Made by a program: the position numbers and the translations under genes
Origin: an uncultured Actinomycetota bacterium
Lineage (GTDB): Bacteria; Actinomycetota; Actinomycetes; Propionibacteriales; Nocardioidaceae
Direction of reading: 5' to 3'
Length of the DNA: 64,000 nucleotides
Assembly (NCBI GenBank): GCA_963791275.1
Contig: CAWBRP010000008.1
Location: forward strand, 6,809-70,808
The notes under the pieces: generated by a model
Seen by the model: only the letters and a program-made list of their open reading frames with translations
Databases searched by the model: none
What the model was told of the DNA's origin: nothing
Part shown: piece by piece, positions 57,200-64,000 of the stretch
Numbering within the stretch: the first letter of the stretch is position 1
Layout: each line of letters starts with the position of its first letter

Positions 57200-58330
57200 A
57201 AGCGACGGACCACCGCACCCGCCGACAGCGAGACCAGGTGCTCCAGCGGACCGGGGCGGCGGGCGGCGGCGTACGCCGCGCCGATCGCCAGCACCACGAG
57301 CACGTGCCACACGTAGGACTCCGGCCGCTCCGCGGGCCACACGCCGGGCGTCTTCATCACCACGTGCAGCGTGTAGAGCGTGAGGGTCATCGCGCCGGCG
57401 CCGAAGAGGACGGCGACGAAACGCTCCCCGGCGGGCGTCAGGACACCGACGAGCAGCAGGCAGAGGCCGATGACGAGCAGGGCGCTCCCGATGGTCTGGG
57501 CGAGGTCGAACGGCGTCCCCGAGTGCGGCGCGACGACGAGCAGCCACTGCCACGCGCCGCCGGTGGGCGTGGTGCCGAACATGCCGTAGGCGATCCGGTC
57601 GAGGACGGCGTCCGCGGACTCCGCCGTCGGCGGGACGGACACCAGGGCCACCCGCACCTCGTCGAGGCCGGTCAGGGCGCGCGACACCGCGGTCGTGAGG
57701 ACGACCAGCGTCGCGCCGACCGCGGCGATGGCCGCCTGCACCCGTCGTTGCGTGAGGTCGAGGCGGCCGAGGCCGATCCCGACGAGCAGGTAGGTCAGCC
57801 ACGGCAGCACCGGGTAGTAGCCGGTCACCAGCAGCTCGCTGAGCAGCTGCCCGGGGTCGGCGAGCTGGGCGAAGGTCGGCGACTCCGTACCGCGGCCCGG
57901 CAGGTGCGGGCGCAGCAGGTGGGACACGACCGGGGCGACGAGCAGCCAGCCGCCGGCCAGGACGAACAGCGCGCGGGCCCGCAGACCGAGGAAGGGCAGG
58001 CCGCACAGGAACAGCACCCCGTAGTAGGTGAGGATCACCGCCAGCCCGGACTCCAGGCCGCCGAGCGCCAGGCCGAGCAGCGCCACCAGGAGCGCCCGCA
58101 CGGCCAGCCCGGCCGACCGGGCGAGCCGCTCGCGCCCGTGCACGGGCTCCGTGCGGCCGGTCATCAGCGCCAGGCTGACCCCGGCGAGCACCGCGAAGAG
58201 CGCGGAGGCGCGCCCACCGGCCAGTCCCTGGGCGAAGGAGATCGTCCCGTCGGGGTCGGTGTCGCGCAGGACGTGCGTCGCCATCATGCCGAGCAGCGCC
58301 AGGCAGCGCGCCAGGTCGATCCCGACCAGG
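57196..58330 (-). CDS. DUF418/DUF1624 (heparan-alpha-glucosaminide N-acetyltransferase-like) membrane protein; start unclear
   Basis: RLVGIDLARCLALLGMMATH, GRASALFAVLAGVSLAL, VILTYYG, GYYPVLPW, PHSGT, GAMTLTLY..H, GPLE. Confidence 0.8.
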
Positions 58331-58353
58331 CGGCTGCGAGGACGGAGCCGGGG

Positions 58354-58878
58354 TCAGAAGCCGACCCGGCGGCCGGCCGTCTGCGACCGGACCGCGTCGC
58401 CCTTCTGCTCTGCGGTGCGGCGCAGGTCGTCCTGGAACCGCGTCATCCGGTCGCGCAGGGCGGGGTCGGCCGCGGCCAGGATGCGGACCGCGAGCAGTCC
58501 CGCGTTGCGGGCGTTCCCGATCGCGACAGTCGCCACCGGCACGCCGGCGGGCATCTGCACGATGGAGAGCAGCGAGTCGAGCCCGTCGAGGTTCTTCAGG
58601 GGCACGGGTACGCCGATGACCGGCAGCGGGGTGACCGCGGCGAGCATGCCGGGCAGGTGCGCGGCACCGCCGGCGCCGGCGATGATCACGGCCAGGCCGC
58701 GGTCGGCGGCGGTCCGGCCGTACTCCAGCATCGCCTCGGGCATCCGGTGCGCCGAGACGACGTCGGCCTCGTAGGCGACGTCGAACTCCGCGAGCGCCTC
58801 CGTGGCGGCCTTCATCACCGGCCAGTCGGAGTCCGAACCCATGACCACCCCGACCAACGGGGCACCCTGCGGCATCAC
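58354..58878 (-). CDS. purE: N5-carboxyaminoimidazole ribonucleotide mutase
   Basis: [48 protein letters not shown]. Confidence 0.97.
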   Translation of the reverse strand: MMPQGAPLVGVVMGSDSDWPVMKAATEALAEFDVAYEADVVSAHRMPEAMLEYGRTAADRGLAVIIAGAGGAAHLPGMLAAVTPLPVIGVPVPLKNLDGLDSLLSIVQMPAGVPVATVAIGNARNAGLLAVRILAAADPALRDRMTRFQDDLRRTAEQKGDAVRSQTAGRRVGF

Positions 58879-60051
58879 TCACTCTCGTCTCCCAACTCAC
58901 CGGCGAACCACGCGGCGGCGTGCCGTGCGCGTTCGAGGCAATCATCCAGGTCGTCCCCGTAGGCGTTGACGTGCCCCACCTTGCGGCCCGGGCGCAGACC
59001 CTTGCCGTAGAGGTGCACCCGCAGCCGCGGGTCCCGGGCCAGCGCGTGCGGGAACCCGTCCCAGAGGCGACCGCTGTCGGTCGCGCCCACCGAGGATGTT
59101 CACCATCACCGTCCAGGGCGAGCGCGCCGCGGGTGAGCCCAGCGGCAGGTCCATCACCGCGCGCAGGTGGTTCTCGAACTGCGAGGTCACCGCGCCGTCC
59201 TGGGTCCAGTGCCCGGTGTTGTGGGGACGCATCGCCAGCTCGTTGACCAGGATCCGGCCGTCGGTCGTCTCGAACAGCTCGACGGCCAGGATGCCCGTCA
59301 CGCCGAGCGCGCCGGCCACGCGCAGCGCGATCTCCTGGGCCTGCCCGGCCAGTGCGGGGTCGAGGTCGGGTGCGGGCGCGACGACCTCGCGGCAGATGCC
59401 GTCGGTCTGGGTGCTGGCCACGACCGGGTACGCCGCGGCCTGGCCGCTCGGCGCCCGGGCCACCAGCGCGGACAGCTCGCGCCGGAAGTCGACCAGCTCC
59501 TCGGCGAGCACCTCCACCCCGGCCGCGGCGGCAGCGGCGAAGGCCGGCTCGCACTCGGCCGGCGTGCGCACGGTCCACACGCCCTTGCCGTCGTACCCGC
59601 CACGGGTCGCCTTGAGGACCGCCGGGAAGCCGAAGTCCGCGACCTCGGCGGGCGAGGTGACGGTCCGGTGTCGCGGGCAGGGCACCCCGAGCGCGGTGAG
59701 CCGGGCCCGCATCACGGCCTTGTCCTGGGCGTGCACGAGGGCGTCCGGTCCGGGCCGGACGGCGACCCCGTCGTCCTCCAGGGCTCGCAGGTGCGCCGTC
59801 GGCACGTGCTCGTGGTCGAAGGTCACCACCGCGCACCCGGCCACGGTCCGGCGCAGCACGTCGAGGTCCCGGTAGTCGCCCACGAGGTGGTCGGGGATCA
59901 CCTGGGCCGCCGAGACGCCCTCGGCCTCGGCGAGCAGCCGCAGCGGCAGGCCCAGGGCGATCGCCGGCTGCGCCATCATCCGGGCGAGCTGACCGCCGCC
60001 GATGACGGCCAGCACGGGAGCGCTCGCGGAGTCGGGGGCGCGGTCGGACAC
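58875..60051 (-). CDS. purK: N5-carboxyaminoimidazole ribonucleotide synthase (frameshift ~59085)
   Basis: [57 protein letters not shown]. Confidence 0.95.
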
Positions 60052-60061
60052 GCCGGTCAGG

Positions 60062-60496
60062 CTAGTGGTTGCGACCGCTGACTAGCCGACCGCGGTCCGA
60101 CGGTGCGACCGGGTGGCTGCTGACCGCGTGCCCGTTGGCCGTGCTGGCCCCGTTGGACAGGTGGGCGGCGCCGTTGGTCCCGGCGGCGTGGGCCGGGGTC
60201 CCGGTCTCGAACCGCAGGCCCTTGCCGCGGATCGTGGTGATCAGCGTGGGGCGTCGGCTGTCGTCGCCGAGCTTGCGGCGCACCCAGCCCAGGTGCACGT
60301 CGATGGTCTTCGACGAGGTCCAGAAGGTGGTGTCCCACACGTCCCGCATCAGCTGGTCCCGGGAGACGATCTTTCCGGCTTGCGACATCAGCGCGTGAAG
60401 GAGGTCGAACTCCTTGCGCGAGAACGTGATCTCGCTGTCCCCACGCCACACTTGGCGGCTCTGCGGGTCCAGGCGGACGTCTTGGACGGTGTGCAC
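60062..60496 (-). CDS. stand-alone OmpR/PhoB winged-helix DNA-binding protein (no receiver domain)
   Basis: VRLD...V....I.FSRKEFDLL..L....G.IVSRDQL...VW......KTIDVH...RRKLGD......TIRG.G.RF. Confidence 0.8.
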   Translation of the reverse strand: MHTVQDVRLDPQSRQVWRGDSEITFSRKEFDLLHALMSQAGKIVSRDQLMRDVWDTTFWTSSKTIDVHLGWVRRKLGDDSRRPTLITTIRGKGLRFETGTPAHAAGTNGAAHLSNGASTANGHAVSSHPVAPSDRGRLVSGRNH

Positions 60497-60588
60497 GGAC
60501 CAAAGGTAGGAATTCCTCACCCTCCGCGAAGGGGTTTTGGCAGAAGTTTTCCTTCTGGGCTGGACCAGGGCTCCCGCGTCGGCGCAGG

Positions 60589-61582
60589 TCAGAGGCGGCG
60601 TACGGACACCGGTTCGACCAGCCCGAAGCCGCGCACCGGGCCGCGCCGTGAGCCGCCGGGTCTCGTACCTCTCGGGCGGGAGCAGGGCCGCGGTGGTGTC
60701 GTCGACGATCACCCGGTTGCGGCGGGCGACCGCGGTCAGCCGGGCGGCCATGTTCACCGGTGGGCCGAACACGTCGCCCAGCCGCATGATCACCGAGCCG
60801 CTGGCCAGGCCGACCCGGACGTCGGGCATCCGCGGGTCCCGGCCGATGACGGTGATGATCCCGTCGGCGGTCTCGAGCGCCTCCTCGACGTCCTCGTGCA
60901 CGAACAGCACCGAGTCGCCGATGCTCTTGATCACCCGGCCGCCGTGGGCCGACACGACGTCGTGGCAGCGCGTCTCGAACACCTCGATCAGGTCCCCGAG
61001 CCGCTCCTCCTCGAGCCGGTTGGACAGCTCGGTGAACGCCACGATGTCGGCGAACCCGACGGTGACCAGGGTGGTGTGCAGGTCCTCCTCGTTGGCACCC
61101 AGCGCCTCGACCCGGGCCGCCGCCGCCGCGAGGTGCCGCCGCCACGCGTAGATGAGGAGGTTCTCGAACGGTCCGTTCACGGTCTCGACCAGCCGGAGCG
61201 CGGAGCCGAGGCGGCTCCCGGTGGCCTGGTCCCCGGCCTCCATCTCCTCGACCCGGCCGATCAGGGTGGCCACCTCCCAGTCGGCGAGCCGAGCCATCGT
61301 CTGGCCGACCGCCCGGGTCAGGTTGACCGCCATGTCGAAGTCGATGGCGCCGCTGTCGACGACCTGGGCCACCCGCGTCACGGCCGCCGCGTCGGCGGCG
61401 GTGAACGCCTGCTCCTTCACCCGCTCGGGGAAGCCGAGCGCCCGCCACAGGCGACGGGTCTGCTCGACGGTCAGGCCGGTCTCGAAGGCCACCTCGGTCG
61501 CGTCGAGGAGGAAGTCCTCGCCGAGGATCGCGCGCTCGAGGCCCTCGCGGGTGAAGGGGCGCTCGGACTCCTCAGGAGCCAT
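60589..61582 (-). CDS. class III adenylate/guanylate cyclase with N-terminal regulatory domain (frameshift ~60639)
   Basis: RRLWRALGF, WRRHL, VGFADIVAFT, KSIGDSV, DVFGPPVNMAARL; the corrected C-terminus RPVRGFGLVEPVSVRRL* ends at 60589. Confidence 0.88.
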
Positions 61583-62078
61583 CGTCCCCGCGTCCGCCGG
61601 TCGAGAGGCGGTGCAGCTCGTCGGCGACCAGCTTCTGGACCGTCTCGACCTTGGGGATGTCGAAGAGCAGCACGCGGCCCTGCTCGCTGGCGTCCGAGAC
61701 GACCAGGGTGCCGCAGCCGAAGACCCGGTCGATCACGCCGACCTCGAAGTCCACACCGCTGATCCGGTTGAGCGGGATGGTGCGACCCTCGCGGGCGATG
61801 AAGCCGGAACGCTTGACGAAGCGCCGGTTGGTGAAGGTGTAGGTGGTGGTGATCCAGTCGACGACGGGCCGCACGAAGAACCAGAAGAGCAGGGCGGCGG
61901 CGAACACCCACACCACCACCTGCAGCGGAGCCGCGTCGCTGCCGAGCGAGCTCAGCGTGATGGCGACGGCCACGACGACGATCGCGATCAGCACCGGCCA
62001 GATCAGCGCCTTGGGATGGGTGCGGGTCGTGACCACGACGTGCTCACCGTCGTTCAGCAGGTGCTCCGGGAAGCTCAC
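61572..62078 (-). CDS. bacterial PH (bPH_2/YdbT-like) membrane protein
   Basis: L.DGEHVV...R.H.K.L, 2 TMs, Y..TNRR...R.G.I.R....IPL.RI, RVFGCGTL. Confidence 0.85.
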   Translation of the reverse strand: MSFPEHLLNDGEHVVVTTRTHPKALIWPVLIAIVVVAVAITLSSLGSDAAPLQVVVWVFAAALLFWFFVRPVVDWITTTYTFTNRRFVKRSGFIAREGRTIPLNRISGVDFEVGVIDRVFGCGTLVVSDASEQGRVLLFDIPKVETVQKLVADELHRLSTGGRGDDGS

Positions 62079-62091
62079 GGGAGTGATCCTC

Positions 62092-62901
62092 TCACCGCGT
62101 CGGCGCCGCACGTGCACCACATCGCCGGCGCCGACCGTGACCGTCCCGGACGGCCCGTCGACCACGAGCCCGCCGCCGGGCGCGATCCCGGTCGGCGACC
62201 CCGGTGACGGGTTCTCCGGCGGGCACCTCGACCCGGACCGGCCGGCCGAGGGTCACGCAGAGGGAGGAGTACGCCGCGTGCAGGCCGGACTCCGCCGGGC
62301 TGCCCCCGGCGGCCAGCCACCCGTCGTACTCGCGGCGCAGGGAGCGCAGCAGCGTGACCAGCAGGTCGGTCCGGTCGACCACCACGCCGGCCTCGGCCAG
62401 GGACGTGGCCGTGTCGAGCCCCAGCTCGGCCCGGGTGGTCGACACGTTGATCCCGATGCCGACCACGGCGGCCGGACCGTCGGGGGTCTCGACCCGTTCC
62501 ACGAGGAGCCCCGCCACCTTGGCGTCGCCGAGCAGGACGTCGTTGGGCCACTTGAGGTCCGCCGGGGCGCCGGCCTCGCGCAGGGCGCGGGCGACCGCGA
62601 CCCCGGTGAGCAGCGGCAGCCACGGCCAGTCGGTGGCCGCCACCGGCGGCCGGAGCAGCACCGACTGGGTCAGCGCCGAGCGGGCCGGGGTGGTCCAGGT
62701 CCGCCCGAGGCGACCGCGGCCGGCGGTCTGGTGCTCCGCGACCACCACCAGTCCCTCGGCGGCGCCGGCGCGCGCCCGGTCCGCGACCCGCGCGTTGGTG
62801 GACGGTGCCGCCTCCACCACCTCGACGTCGTAGGCGTCGCCCAGCGCCCGTCGGGCCCGGGCGGCGTCGAGGGGCGGCCGTGCTGCTTCGTGATCCGTCA
62901 C
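62092..62901 (-). CDS. birA: biotin--[acetyl-CoA-carboxylase] ligase (frameshift ~62190)
   Basis: [41 protein letters not shown]-terminal AGDVVHVR. Confidence 0.92.
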   Translation of the reverse strand: MTDHEAARPPLDAARARRALGDAYDVEVVEAAPSTNARVADRARAGAAEGLVVVAEHQTAGRGRLGRTWTTPARSALTQSVLLRPPVAATDWPWLPLLTGVAVARALREAGAPADLKWPNDVLLGDAKVAGLLVERVETPDGPAAVVGIGINVSTTRAELGLDTATSLAEAGVVVDRTDLLVTLLRSLRREYDGWLAAGGSPAESGLHAAYSSLCVTLGRPVRVEVPAGEPVTGVADRDRARRRARGRRAVRDGHGRRRRCGARAAPTR

Positions 62902-62920
62902 GGGCACTAGATTGGCGCAT

Positions 62921-64000
<1,080 letters not shown>

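Noticed and set aside
60062-61582. 506-aa adenylate cyclase-OmpR DNA-binding domain fusion in the ORF track
   Set aside because: Removing one base at ~60639 gives the natural cyclase ending RPVRGFGLVEPVSVRRL-stop; the linker has non-coding composition, so the fusion is most likely an indel artefact

Overview
High-GC actinobacterial chromosomal window; gene content and order suggest Nocardioides or a related Propionibacteriales genus (inference). It is mostly conserved core synteny: mgtE-like/DUF1003/mrp/tatB, Rv3235-like/LysM, secA, ycaQ-like, orphan NarL regulator, hpf(raiA), comF, lpqB-mtrB-mtrA, ahcY, CDF, SIS, Trm112, manB, whiB, cofD/cofE and manC. Next comes a cell-wall glycan locus (amidase, wzt/wzm, glfT2-like, glf, two GT2s, two LCPs) and a SigB/SigF-type stress islet. 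The window ends with acyl-CoA dehydrogenase, arfB, purE/purK, a class III cyclase, birA and a partial acyl-CoA carboxylase beta subunit. The most notable non-coding element is a complete ~280-nt raiA-motif RNA (structured ncRNA, biochemical function unknown) between comF and hpf. Also seen: an exactly symmetric bidirectional SigB/F-like promoter, a shared GTCACA-containing 12-mer upstream of two cell-wall genes, a triple palindrome upstream of the orphan regulator, a receiver-less OmpR-type regulator and a 13-bp tandem duplication at a gene overlap. About 17 genes carry single-base frameshifts, including normally essential ones, which points to long-read consensus errors rather than pseudogenes. 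No tRNA, rRNA, CRISPR, integrase or transposase was seen.
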